64,000 bases of DNA, taken from assembly GCA_005882635.1 (NCBI GenBank), contig VBFG01000040.1, positions 32,249-96,248 of the forward strand, read 5' to 3'. Below, in pieces: positions 19,134 through 28,611 of the stretch. Both the position numbers and the translations under genes were made by a program. The notes beneath the pieces were generated by a model that saw only the letters and a program-made list of their open reading frames with translations, was not told where the DNA came from and did no database searches. The stretch's first letter is position 1; every line of letters starts with the position of its first letter. Source of the stretch: Chloroflexota bacterium (GTDB taxonomy: Bacteria > Chloroflexota > Limnocylindria > Limnocylindrales > CSP1-4).

Positions 19134-20435
19134 TCAGACGCCGCTCCAGCCCGCGCCGAGCCGGAGCACCTGGCGCGATCGCGTGGCGCGGCCGGCGGAG
19201 CTGTTGACGGTGTCGACGACGAGGTCGGCGTCGCGGTAGACCCGGTCGATGTCCACCGCCGCGTGGGCCGTGACGACGACGACGACATCGGAGCTCGCGA
19301 GGAGCTCCTCGAGGGCGACGGATTCGAGGCTTGCGCCGTCCTTCGCCCGGAACGCCGGCACGTGGGGATCGTGATAGCGGACGTCGGCGCCGCGCGCGCG
19401 CAGGAGGGCGATGACGTCGGCCGCCGGCGAGTTGCGGGCGTCGCGGACGTTCGGCTTGAAGGCGACGCCGAGGACCCCGACGGCGGCACCCCGCACGGCG
19501 GCGCCGCGCTCGTTGAGGGCCTCCGCGACCAGGTCGACGACATGCCTCGGCATCGCGAAGTTGATGTCGCCGGCGAGCTCGACGAACCGATCGACGAAGC
19601 CGAACTCGCGCGCCCGCCAGGCCAGGTAGTAGGGGTCGACCGGGATGCAATGACCGCCGACGCCGGGGCCCGGGGTGAACCGCATGAAGCCGAACGGCTT
19701 GGTCGCGGCCGCGTCGACCACCTCCCACACGTCGATGCCCATCCGCTCGCAGAGCAGCGCGAGCTGGTTGACGAGGGCGATGTTCACGTTCCGGAAGACG
19801 TTCTCGAGGAGCTTGGCGAGCTCGGCGGCGTCCGGTGACGACATGGGCCGGACCTGGTCGTTGATCCGGCCCAGAAGCGCGGCGGCCCGCTCGGTCGCGG
19901 TCGCCGTCGTCGCCCCGACGAGGCGCGGCACGTCCTTGGAGGCGGATGCCGGGTCGCCGGGGTTGACCCGCTCCGGGGCGTAGGCGAGGTCGAAGTCGCG
20001 GCCCGCCGCGAGCCCGGACCGCTCCAGCTCCTCGCGGAACGGCCCCGTGGTTGTCCCGGGGTAAGTCGTCGACTGGAGAACCACGAGCTGCCCCTGCCGA
20101 AGATGGGCCCGGATGAGCGTCGCGGCATTGAGGAGCGGGCCGAGGTCGGGGTCCTTCGAGGTCGTGATCGGCGTCGGCACGCAGACGAAGATCACGTTGG
20201 CCGTCGCGAGGTGGGCGTCATCGGGGCCGACGACCGTGAGGCCCTGTTCGAGGGCCGCGCCGAGCCGCTCGTCGCTGACGTCGTCGATCGGCGATCGCCC
20301 CGCCGCGAGCTCGGCGACCCGGGGGTGGTGGGCGTCGATCCCCTCGACGGTCAGGCCGGCCTCGACGAACGCGATCGCGAGCGGCAACCCGACGTAGCCG
20401 AGCCCGACGATCGCGACGGACTGGTCGGTGGTCAT
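19134..20435 (-). CDS. Nucleotide-sugar (UDP-glucose/GDP-mannose family) dehydrogenase
   Basis: VAIVGLGYVGLPLAIAF Rossmann motif; catalytic region GPGVGGHCIPVDPYYL. Confidence 0.85.
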   Translation of the reverse strand: MTTDQSVAIVGLGYVGLPLAIAFVEAGLTVEGIDAHHPRVAELAAGRSPIDDVSDERLGAALEQGLTVVGPDDAHLATANVIFVCVPTPITTSKDPDLGPLLNAATLIRAHLRQGQLVVLQSTTYPGTTTGPFREELERSGLAAGRDFDLAYAPERVNPGDPASASKDVPRLVGATTATATERAAALLGRINDQVRPMSSPDAAELAKLLENVFRNVNIALVNQLALLCERMGIDVWEVVDAAATKPFGFMRFTPGPGVGGHCIPVDPYYLAWRAREFGFVDRFVELAGDINFAMPRHVVDLVAEALNERGAAVRGAAVGVLGVAFKPNVRDARNSPAADVIALLRARGADVRYHDPHVPAFRAKDGASLESVALEELLASSDVVVVVTAHAAVDIDRVYRDADLVVDTVNSSAGRATRSRQVLRLGAGWSGV

Positions 20436-20530
20436 GGCGCCGATGGTATCCGCTCGGCCTCGCCTCCCTTCGGGGTCACCCGACCGCCGGTCGGGCCCGC
20501 GAGGCGCGGGATGGTACCCTGCCGTCCCGA

Positions 20531-21397
20531 ATGGATATCACCCAGGAAGCCCCTGCCGCGTTCCGGACGAGCGCGACCCGGCCGGGGCCCGTCGGCCTCC
20601 TGGTGGAAGCGGTCAGCGACCTCCGCTCCCGATGGCGGCTCATCCGCTACCTGGCCCGGGCCGACCTCAAGCGGAAGGGCGCCGACACGTTCTTCGGCAA
20701 CCTCTGGTGGGTCATCGATCCGCTCCTGCAGATGGCCGTGTACGTCATCCTCGTCACGGTCGTCTTCGAGCGGACCACGCCGGCCTATCCCCTCTTCATC
20801 TTCGCCGCGATCCTGCCCTGGAAATGGTTCACGACGGTCGTGACGGACTCGATCTCGTCGGTCACCGGCCAGGAGCGGCTGATCAAGCAGATCCAGTTCC
20901 CGAAGATCGTCCTGCCCGCGGCCAGCATGATCGCGGGCATCGCCCAGTTCCTGTTCGGGATGATCCCCCTGGCGGCGATGCTCGTGATCTTCTACACCGA
21001 CAGGATCAGTCCGGCGCTCGTCTTCATCCCGGTCGTCGCGGTGGTCCAGCTCGTCTTCTCGACCGGCCTGGGCCTGGCCCTTGCCGCGCTCAACGTCTTC
21101 TTCCGGGACGTCGGCAACCTGGCGCGACACGTCCTCCGGCTGTGGTTCTACCTGTCGCCCGCGCTCTACGGGGCCGACACGATCGCGTCGCTGGGTGAGA
21201 AGCACCCCACGATCGTCAGCCTGATGAAGCTGAACCCCTTCTACGCGATCCTCGAATCGTACCGCGACGCGATCTACTACGGCCGCGCCCCGAACTTCGC
21301 GCTCCTCGGCGCGGTCCTCGCCGGATCGGTCATCCTGCTCGTGGTCGGGACGATCTTCTTCAAGCGCCTCGAGCCGTCGTTCGCGAAGGTCCTCTGA
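20531..21397 (+). CDS. ABC-2 type polysaccharide/teichoic-acid export permease (Wzm/TagG-like)
   Basis: LIRYLARADLKRKGADTFFGNLWWVIDPLLQM, six hydrophobic segments, and adjacent to the ATPase gene. Confidence 0.85.
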   Translation: MDITQEAPAAFRTSATRPGPVGLLVEAVSDLRSRWRLIRYLARADLKRKGADTFFGNLWWVIDPLLQMAVYVILVTVVFERTTPAYPLFIFAAILPWKWFTTVVTDSISSVTGQERLIKQIQFPKIVLPAASMIAGIAQFLFGMIPLAAMLVIFYTDRISPALVFIPVVAVVQLVFSTGLGLALAALNVFFRDVGNLARHVLRLWFYLSPALYGADTIASLGEKHPTIVSLMKLNPFYAILESYRDAIYYGRAPNFALLGAVLAGSVILLVVGTIFFKRLEPSFAKVL

Positions 21398-22371
21398 TGC
21401 TGTCCGACGCGATGCGGGACACGGCGGAGCCGCGCTCGACGCCCAGCGAGCCCCCGTCCGAGCACGCCATCGACGTCCAGCGACTGGGCGTCCGCTACAA
21501 CCTCCGCCTGACGAAGCGCAACACGCTCCGGCAGACGCTGAGCACGATGCTCCACGGCGGCGAGGGAGACCGGACGTTCTGGGCCCTGCGTGACGTCACG
21601 TTCCGCCTCGTCCACGGCGAATCACTGGCCGTGATCGGGCCGAACGGCGCGGGCAAGAGCACCCTGCTCCAGACGCTCGCCGGGATCATCACCCCGTCGG
21701 AGGGATCGGTCGACGTCCGCGGCCACATCTCCAGCCTCCTCCAGCTCGGCGCCGGCTTCGACCAGGACCTCAACGGCCGCGACAACATCATGCTGGCCGG
21801 CGCGTTCATGGGGATCCCCCACGACGAGATGGTCCGCCGCCAGGATTCTGTCGTCGACTTCGCCGACATCGGTCAGTTCATCGACGCGCCGATCAAGACC
21901 TACTCGTCCGGGATGCGGGCCCGTCTCGGGTTCGCGATCGCGACGTCCGTCGACCCCGACATCCTCCTCCTCGACGAGGTCCTCGCCACCGGCGACCAGG
22001 TCTTCCGCGAGAAGAGCAGGGCCCGGGTGCTGGAGCTGGCGAGAAGCGCGAAGGCGATCGTCCTCGTGACCCATGACATGCACTGGGTCACCGAGTTCTG
22101 CAACCGGGCGATGCTGATCGAGAAGGGCCACGTCATCGCCGAGGGCGAGCCCGAGGAGATCGTCCAGGTCCACCAGGAGCACTCCCTCGCCGAGCGGACG
22201 CGCAAGCAGGCGGAGTTCATCGCGAAGCTCGGCGATTCGCCGGGGTTCTCGCCGTGGGCCGTGTCGACCCAGGAGGCGATCCGGGCCGCCCGGGAAGCCG
22301 GGATGAAGGTCGAGACGGCGGACGATGTCCAGGCCGCGATCGAGCGGCAGCAGGCCGAGGCGAGGCAGTGA
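21397..22371 (+). CDS. ABC transporter ATP-binding protein (Wzt/TagH-like) with a short helical C-terminal tail
   Basis: Walker A GPNGAGKSTLL, signature YSSGMRARL, Walker B ILLLDEVL. Confidence 0.88.
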   Translation: MLSDAMRDTAEPRSTPSEPPSEHAIDVQRLGVRYNLRLTKRNTLRQTLSTMLHGGEGDRTFWALRDVTFRLVHGESLAVIGPNGAGKSTLLQTLAGIITPSEGSVDVRGHISSLLQLGAGFDQDLNGRDNIMLAGAFMGIPHDEMVRRQDSVVDFADIGQFIDAPIKTYSSGMRARLGFAIATSVDPDILLLDEVLATGDQVFREKSRARVLELARSAKAIVLVTHDMHWVTEFCNRAMLIEKGHVIAEGEPEEIVQVHQEHSLAERTRKQAEFIAKLGDSPGFSPWAVSTQEAIRAAREAGMKVETADDVQAAIERQQAEARQ

Positions 22372-24155
22372 CCGCATCGCAGGAGCGCATCCGCGCCACC
22401 GCGGGTCGGGCCCGCCGCCTGGCCGGTCGCGGTCGCCGCTTCGCCGGGCGCGTCCGGCGCGGGCTCGTGCGCCGGGCTCGCAAGCAGGCCGCCCGGGTCC
22501 ATCTGCCGGCCTTCCTCGAGGGCTCGACCGGCGGCATCGGCAATGCCCTCCTCCGGAAGAAGCGCCGCGAGCTCGCCGCCAAGCGGACGTTCGGGGCGCA
22601 CGACCTGGCGCGCCTGGAGCAGCTGCTGCGGAGCGCCGACGAGATCGTCCCGATCGCCGAGGCCTACGCCCGTCGCGACGACTGGCCGGAACGGTTCGCG
22701 ACCGTCCGCCACGACATGGATCGCGACCTCGAGAACGCGGTCCGGTTCGCCGAGTGGGAGGCCGAGCACGGCATCCGGTCGACCTACTACGTCCTCCACC
22801 GCGACTGGTACTGGGGCGGCCCGCGCGCCTCCAAACCCTCCGCGCTCGTCGTCCAGGCACTCCGGCGGATCGCGGCGCTCGGCCACGAGATCGGGCTCCA
22901 CAACAACGCCGTGGCGCTCGCCCTCGAGACCGGTCTCGACCCATTCGACATCCTCGAGAACGATCTCGCCGCGCTCCGGCGCCACGGGTTCACGATCACC
23001 GGATCGGTCGCCCACGGCGAGCCGATCTGCCACCAGGTCGGCTTCATCAACAACGAGATCTTCGCGGAGTGCATCCGGCCGGAGACGCACCGCCCCGACC
23101 GGACTCTCACCTGGACCGACCCGGCGGGCGCCAGCCGCAGCCTTCAGCTCCGCCAGCGGCCGATGGCCGACTTCGGCCTCGAGTACGAGGCGAACTTCAT
23201 CGGCCACACCCGCTACCTGTCGGACACCGGTGGCCGCTGGATCCGACCCTTCGCGGAGATCGACGACGTCTTCGATCGTGAGGGCGGCTTCCTGCAGCTT
23301 CTCATCCACCCCGTCTGGTGGGCGTTCTCGGGTGAGACCGTCACGCCGCGACCGACGATCGTCCCGGCCGCAGCGCCCAGCGCGGCGACGGTCGGAGACC
23401 CGTCGGCGCCGCCGTTCCGGATCGTCGTCCGCGGCGACTGCTGCTCGCGCCGGGCGATCGACATGAACCGCGACCTGTTCGGCGGCAACCCGCAGATGGT
23501 CCGCGACGAGAAGGCCCGGACGGACTTCTTCCTCGACCACCTGTCGGTCGGGTCGCCCACCCGGGACGACGTGGTCCGCCTGATGGACGTCGACCGGATG
23601 GGGACGAGCCTCCGCCATTACGCCCTCGGCCAGGTCGAGCGAACGACGCTCGAGGCCGACAGCGCCCAGCTGCTCGTGTTCGACAACTACGCCGACATGA
23701 ACTTCGCGGCCTGGCAGCATCGGGACCACGGCTGGAAGCTGTGGGTCCACCCGGCGTTCATCCGCGATCGCGAGGCGTTCGAACGCGAGTTCGTCGACAT
23801 CAGGCAGCTGACGTTCGATGAATCGCTGGCCGACCACGTCCGGCTCATCGAGGAGTACCGCCGCCGCTACGGCGACGTGGCGGTCCTCTACCTCCACCAG
23901 CCGGTCGCCTACTACCGCAAGCTCGAGCCGCGCATCGACTTCCGGGCGATCGGCCCCGAGCTCGAGAAGGCCCTCCCGAACGTCTACGCCGGCGACCTGC
24001 ACGATGCGGACCTCGAGCCCGATGACATGGGCAGCTGCGGCCCCGGCCAGACGCTCCACTTCACCGGACCGACCTACCGCAAGATGATCAGCGTCGCGCT
24101 GGAGAAAGGACTCGGCGAATGGCTGACGCCGTCGAAGAGCGCGATCCTGAGCTGA
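22368..24155 (+). CDS. Two-domain protein: N-terminal polysaccharide-deacetylase-like (NodB-fold-like) region plus C-terminal domain of unknown function
   Basis: The GTG start overlaps the wzt stop (GTGA). Arg-rich N-terminus. RHDMDRD...HEIGLHN...AHGEP resemble metal-dependent deacetylase motifs. I could not assign the C-terminal 260 aa (RIVVRGDCCSRR...LLVFDNYADMNFAAWQH). Confidence 0.55.
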   Translation: MTASQERIRATAGRARRLAGRGRRFAGRVRRGLVRRARKQAARVHLPAFLEGSTGGIGNALLRKKRRELAAKRTFGAHDLARLEQLLRSADEIVPIAEAYARRDDWPERFATVRHDMDRDLENAVRFAEWEAEHGIRSTYYVLHRDWYWGGPRASKPSALVVQALRRIAALGHEIGLHNNAVALALETGLDPFDILENDLAALRRHGFTITGSVAHGEPICHQVGFINNEIFAECIRPETHRPDRTLTWTDPAGASRSLQLRQRPMADFGLEYEANFIGHTRYLSDTGGRWIRPFAEIDDVFDREGGFLQLLIHPVWWAFSGETVTPRPTIVPAAAPSAATVGDPSAPPFRIVVRGDCCSRRAIDMNRDLFGGNPQMVRDEKARTDFFLDHLSVGSPTRDDVVRLMDVDRMGTSLRHYALGQVERTTLEADSAQLLVFDNYADMNFAAWQHRDHGWKLWVHPAFIRDREAFEREFVDIRQLTFDESLADHVRLIEEYRRRYGDVAVLYLHQPVAYYRKLEPRIDFRAIGPELEKALPNVYAGDLHDADLEPDDMGSCGPGQTLHFTGPTYRKMISVALEKGLGEWLTPSKSAILS

Positions 24156-24964
24156 CGATCAGCTTCCTGCGCGCGGACACGCCCGATCCGGCGTGCACGG
24201 ACCTCGCCGACCAGTTCTACGACAAGTTCACGGCGCCCCATCCCCGCCACCCCGAGTACGGCGCCTACCAGAACGGCTGCTCGATCCTCGTCCTGCCGGC
24301 GACGTTCGAGGAGTATTGGGACGGCGCCGCCGGCTACGGCACGCGGCGCAAGGTCCGCAAGGCCCTCAAGGAGGGCTACACCTTCGAGTTCATCGACCGC
24401 GACCGGTACCTCGACGACATCCACGCGATCAACACGTCGCTGCCGGAGCGGCAGGGCCGGGAGATGACCGAGGGCTACCGGCACAAGCCCGGTCCGTACG
24501 GCCCGCTGCCCGCCTACACGTGCCCGCGCCACCAGGTCCGGACCTACGGAGTCCTCAAGGACGGCCATCTCGTCGCCTACACGTGGCTGTACCAGATGGG
24601 CGAGATGTGCCTGTTCTCGACGATCCTCGGCCACGGCGACCATCTCAACGCCGGGGTGATGTACCTCCTGATCGCCGAGACCTTGAAGGACATCATCCCG
24701 GTCGCCGGGACGAAGTACGCGATGTACAACATGCACCAGTCCGGCACCGAAGGCCTGCGGTTCTTCAAGGAGCAGATGGGCTTTCGGTCGTTCTGGGTCG
24801 ACTGGCAGCTGGCCGACGAGCCGCCGGTCACGAGGATCCCGCCGGACGTCGCCCCGGCGGCCCGGAAGCCGGCCCACAAGCCGGCCCCGCTGACGGTCGG
24901 GCGGATCGTCCGTGGCGTGGGTCGCCGGGCACGGCGGATCCTCGAGCGGAGCCGGCAGGGCTGA
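24119..24964 (+). CDS. GNAT-fold acyltransferase, FemAB/BioF2-like (Acetyltransf_6-like)
   Basis: RRKVRKALKEGYTFEFI...GHLVAYTWLYQMGEMCLFSTILGHGDHL..GVMYLLI...GLRFFKEQMGF. Overlaps the upstream gene by 37 nt. Confidence 0.55.
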   Translation: MADAVEERDPELTISFLRADTPDPACTDLADQFYDKFTAPHPRHPEYGAYQNGCSILVLPATFEEYWDGAAGYGTRRKVRKALKEGYTFEFIDRDRYLDDIHAINTSLPERQGREMTEGYRHKPGPYGPLPAYTCPRHQVRTYGVLKDGHLVAYTWLYQMGEMCLFSTILGHGDHLNAGVMYLLIAETLKDIIPVAGTKYAMYNMHQSGTEGLRFFKEQMGFRSFWVDWQLADEPPVTRIPPDVAPAARKPAHKPAPLTVGRIVRGVGRRARRILERSRQG

Positions 24965-25251
24965 GCGGGCCGCCCGGGTCCGACGGCGACCGCTCGACCG
25001 CCGAGCGGGCGGCGTCCCGTGCCGCCCGGCGGGCGGCGGTCCGCGGCCTGCTCCGGAGCGGCCGCGACCTCATCACCGGGCGCCGCCCCCTCGAGGAGAG
25101 CCTTCGCGATCGAGCCGATGCGGCCGAGGCGCGCTGGCGGGCGACCGCGGCGCGGGAGCGGCTCGATCGGGGCGACCCGGCCGGGGCGATCGCCGAAGTC
25201 GAGGCGATCGAGCGCCTCCGGGCTGACGCCGGGCAGGCGGCGCGACTGCAC

Positions 25252-26469
25252 GTGGCCGCCGAGCGCACCGGCCCGATCCGCGGCCGGGGCGACCGCCGCC
25301 TCCGGCCGAGCGACGTCGTCGCCGCCGCAGCGACGGCCAGAGCCGGACGCGTCGATCCGCCGATCGTCCTCGCCTATCACCAGGTGAGCCCCGACAACCC
25401 GTTCCAGACCCTGATCTACCGCCGGGCGGGCGCCCACGGGATCGCCGCCCTCGGCATCGACGACCTGAACGAGCTCGACGCACTCGAGGCGACGCTTCGA
25501 TCCGACGCCCGAACCGCGACGCCCGCCGTCCCCGCCCTCCACCTGCACTGGGTGAACCGGATCCTTCGCGGATCGCGATCGGACGCGGAGGCGGCCGACC
25601 GCACCGCGGCGATCGCCGCCCGCCTCGCCGCGCTTCACGACCGCGGCTGGACGGTCGTCTGGACGGTCCACAACGTCCTGCCCCACGACGCCGAGCGGCC
25701 CGACGCCGAGGCCGCCCTCCGCCAGGTGCTCGCCGACGGCGCCGACCTCGTCCACGTCATGGTCTCGACGACCCTCGAGCTCGCGGCGCCGCACTTCCGG
25801 ATCGACCCCGGGAAGGTCGTTCACGTCCCGATCCCGAGCTTCCGCGGCGCGTACGCGGACGCGATCGATCGCGACGCGGCCCGCTACGCCCTGGACCTGC
25901 CGCCCGACGCGCGGGTTGTGGCCCTGGTCGGCGGCCTCCGCCCGTACAAGGGGCTCGACCTCCTGCTCGAGGCGTTCGAGCGGACCGCGTCGACGGCGCC
26001 CGACCTCCGACTGCTGATCGCCGGCCCACCCGACGGCTCGGCGGGGATCGACGCGTTCCTGGCGCGCGCCGCCGCCGATCCGCGGATCGCGGTCCACGCC
26101 CGGATGATCCCCGGCGACGACCTGCAGATCTTCCTGCGGGCGGCCGACGCGGCGGTCCTGCCCTACGTCCGGACCTTGAACTCGGCGGTGCTCATGCTCG
26201 CCCTCGCCTTCGACCTGCCCGTCATCGGTCCCGACCTCGGCGGCATCCCGGAGACGCTCGGGGCGACCGCCGGGACGCTGGACCCGGCGCTCGCGACGAT
26301 CTTCGCGGCCGGGGACGTCGATGCGCTGGCGGCAGCGCTGGCCGCGGTTCGACCGGCGTCACCGGCAGGGGCGGCGGCCGCTCGCCGCGTGTCGGACGCC
26401 CACGACGCCGACACGCTGTCCGATCGCTTGATGATCAGCGTGCGGCGGGCGGCCGAGTCGCGGGGCTGA
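25252..26469 (+). CDS. Glycosyltransferase family 4 (start uncertain; a coding-like in-frame extension reaches back to 24961)
   Basis: GT-B C-terminal half: VALVGGLRPYKGLDLLLEAF...LLIAGP...LNSAVLMLALAFDLPVIGPDLGGIPE. GTG 25252 is the first canonical start after the upstream stop. Confidence 0.7.
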   Translation: MAAERTGPIRGRGDRRLRPSDVVAAAATARAGRVDPPIVLAYHQVSPDNPFQTLIYRRAGAHGIAALGIDDLNELDALEATLRSDARTATPAVPALHLHWVNRILRGSRSDAEAADRTAAIAARLAALHDRGWTVVWTVHNVLPHDAERPDAEAALRQVLADGADLVHVMVSTTLELAAPHFRIDPGKVVHVPIPSFRGAYADAIDRDAARYALDLPPDARVVALVGGLRPYKGLDLLLEAFERTASTAPDLRLLIAGPPDGSAGIDAFLARAAADPRIAVHARMIPGDDLQIFLRAADAAVLPYVRTLNSAVLMLALAFDLPVIGPDLGGIPETLGATAGTLDPALATIFAAGDVDALAAALAAVRPASPAGAAAARRVSDAHDADTLSDRLMISVRRAAESRG

Positions 26470-26476
26470 GCCCCGC

Positions 26477-27229
26477 CTAGTCCTCGACCCGCCGGAGGAA
26501 GCCGCTCCGGCAGTACGTCGTCCGCAGCCGCTCGTAGGCAGGGTCGATCACGAACTCCGGGTGCGTCCCGAGGAAGTCGCGCACGGCCTCCAGGGGGTTG
26601 TCCCGATCCCAGCCGGGCTTGGCGTTCGGCGCGTCCGCAACCATGGGCATGACCTCGTCGAAGACGACGACGTAGCTGCCCGGGCTGACGAACGGCGCGT
26701 AGAGCTCGAGCTCGTGGCGGACGTGATCGCGGCTGTGATTGGAATCGAGCATGACCATCGTCCCCTGACCCGAACCCACCAGCGACCGCACCTGATCGAC
26801 CGTTTCGGGCTCGACCGAACTGCCCTCGACGAGGTGGATCCGATGCGCCAGCGGATGGCTCTCGATCGCGAGCCGGTTGTACTTGCGGATCTCGACGTCG
26901 ACGCCGACGACCCGGCCCCGGCCCAGGAGCTCGAGGACCGACGCGTAGAGGACGAGCCCACCACCGTGCGCCACGCCGGTCTCGATCACGACCTCCGGCC
27001 GGACCTTCCAGATCAGCTCCTGGACCATGACGATGTCCTCGGGCAGCTGGATGATCGGGATCCCCAGCCAGGTGACCTCGTACGAGAGCTTGTTCTGCCA
27101 GCCGGAGCGGGTGAACAGGTCGGCGACGATCGCGAACCCCTCGGGCGTGTAGATGTCGACGTCGCGCGGCCCGTCGACGGTCCGGATGGTGATGACGGGC
27201 TCGGGCTGCGATGTCGCGGTCTCGATCAC
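26477..27229 (-). CDS. CmcI (cephalosporin hydroxylase) family SAM-dependent methyltransferase; candidate sugar O-methyltransferase
   Basis: WKVRPEVVIETGVAHGGGLVLYA...VGVDVEIR...VMLDSNHS. The GTG start overlaps the upstream stop (GTGA at 27226-27229). Confidence 0.75.
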   Translation of the reverse strand: MIETATSQPEPVITIRTVDGPRDVDIYTPEGFAIVADLFTRSGWQNKLSYEVTWLGIPIIQLPEDIVMVQELIWKVRPEVVIETGVAHGGGLVLYASVLELLGRGRVVGVDVEIRKYNRLAIESHPLAHRIHLVEGSSVEPETVDQVRSLVGSGQGTMVMLDSNHSRDHVRHELELYAPFVSPGSYVVVFDEVMPMVADAPNAKPGWDRDNPLEAVRDFLGTHPEFVIDPAYERLRTTYCRSGFLRRVED

Positions 27230-28119
27230 GGATATGCCTCCTGTCGGGCGGTCCACCAGGCGATGGTGTCGGCGAGTCCCGTGCGCAGGTCGTGGCGGGG
27301 CCGCCAGCCGAGCGCGCGGAGCGGCGCGGGGTCGCCGGCGGCGGTGTAGCCGAGGTCCTCCGGAGGGCCCAGCTCGCCGAGTCGGATCAGCTCCTGCCGA
27401 CCCGTCTGGTCGCCGATCAACCGGAGGACGTCGGCCAGCGTCACCAGCGTTCCGGAGCAGATGTCGACGCCGCCGACGACGTCGGATGCGGCCAGCGTCA
27501 CGAAGCCGGCGGCGACGTCGGCCACGTGGAGGTAGTCCCGGGTCTGGATCCCCGTCGTCGTCCCGATCGGACGACCGGCGAGGACGGAGCGGACGACCGT
27601 CGGCAAGACCCGTCGTTCGTCCTCGAGCGGCCCGTACAGGTAGAAGACGTGGCCGCAGGCGACCGCCACGCCGGAGCTCGCAAACCCTTCCCCGAGCTGG
27701 TGGGCCGCACGCTTCGCGGCGTCGTAGATCGGCCGTCCGCGATCCGAGGCGGCCCCTTCGACGCAGGTCCCGCCGAGGACGACCCGGCCGCAGCCCGCTT
27801 CGGACGCGGCGAGCAACAGCCCGGCGGTCGCCTCGAGCGAGGCGAGGTTCTCCTCGACCGCGTCGCGGTAGCGGCCGGGCTCGGCGTACCAGGCCAGGTG
27901 GACGATCGCGTCCGGTCGGTGGTCGCGCAGGACCTGGGCCAGGCCGCGACGGTCGCCGACGTCGAGGTCCACGATGACGCAGCGATCGGCGACCTCGTCG
28001 AGGCGGGCCGTCCGGGAACCGGGCCGAACGATGGCCACCGGCGCGTGACCGGCCGCCAGCGCCTCGTGGACCACGTGCGCCCCGATGAAGCCGGCGGCAC
28101 CGGTGACGAGCAGCTTCAC
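27226..28119 (-). CDS. NAD-dependent epimerase/dehydratase family SDR; candidate NDP-4-ketohexose reductase
   Basis: MKLLVTGAAGFIGAHVV and a YDAAKRA catalytic YxxxK. Confidence 0.8.
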   Translation of the reverse strand: MKLLVTGAAGFIGAHVVHEALAAGHAPVAIVRPGSRTARLDEVADRCVIVDLDVGDRRGLAQVLRDHRPDAIVHLAWYAEPGRYRDAVEENLASLEATAGLLLAASEAGCGRVVLGGTCVEGAASDRGRPIYDAAKRAAHQLGEGFASSGVAVACGHVFYLYGPLEDERRVLPTVVRSVLAGRPIGTTTGIQTRDYLHVADVAAGFVTLAASDVVGGVDICSGTLVTLADVLRLIGDQTGRQELIRLGELGPPEDLGYTAAGDPAPLRALGWRPRHDLRTGLADTIAWWTARQEAYP

Positions 28120-28158
28120 GGGCGACTCCTCAAGCGCGGCCCGTCGTCGTCCGGCGCC

Positions 28159-28608
28159 TCAGTAATGGCGGATTCCCCAGTCGTAGGGGATGTCGTTCTC
28201 GAACGGGTCGAGCCGTGTCGAGCGGGTCGGGTCGTGCGGATGCGTGCAGCAGTTGGCGACGATCGCGGCCTCCGAGCCCATGCCCTTGAAGCCGTTCCAG
28301 ACGCCCGGCGGGATCTGGACGAGGCTGTAGTCGTCGGGCCCGAGGAAGCGCTCCATCAGCTCCCCGCGGGTCGGTGAGCCGTCCCGGTCGTCGTACAGGA
28401 CGAGCTTGATCCGGCCGTGGATGCAGACGTAGCTCAGGGTCATCTCGGCATGCCGGTGCCAGCCCTTGACGGCGCCCGGGTAGACCGTCGAGAAGTAGAT
28501 CTCGCCGAACCCGAGGAACTCGGGATCGGTCGCCTTCAGCATGTGGAAGACCGTCCCACGCTCGTCCGGGATCCGGGCGCGGGGAACGATTCGCACGCCG
28601 TCGATCAT
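28159..28608 (-). CDS. Small cupin NDP-4-keto-6-deoxyhexose epimerase/isomerase (RmlC/FdtA-like)
   Basis: 149 aa. DERGTVFHML...FGEIYFSTVYPGAVKGWHRH...VQIPPGVWNGF, a jelly-roll pattern as in dTDP-4-dehydrorhamnose 3,5-epimerase relatives. Confidence 0.7.
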   Translation of the reverse strand: MIDGVRIVPRARIPDERGTVFHMLKATDPEFLGFGEIYFSTVYPGAVKGWHRHAEMTLSYVCIHGRIKLVLYDDRDGSPTRGELMERFLGPDDYSLVQIPPGVWNGFKGMGSEAAIVANCCTHPHDPTRSTRLDPFENDIPYDWGIRHY

Positions 28609-28611
28609 CGG

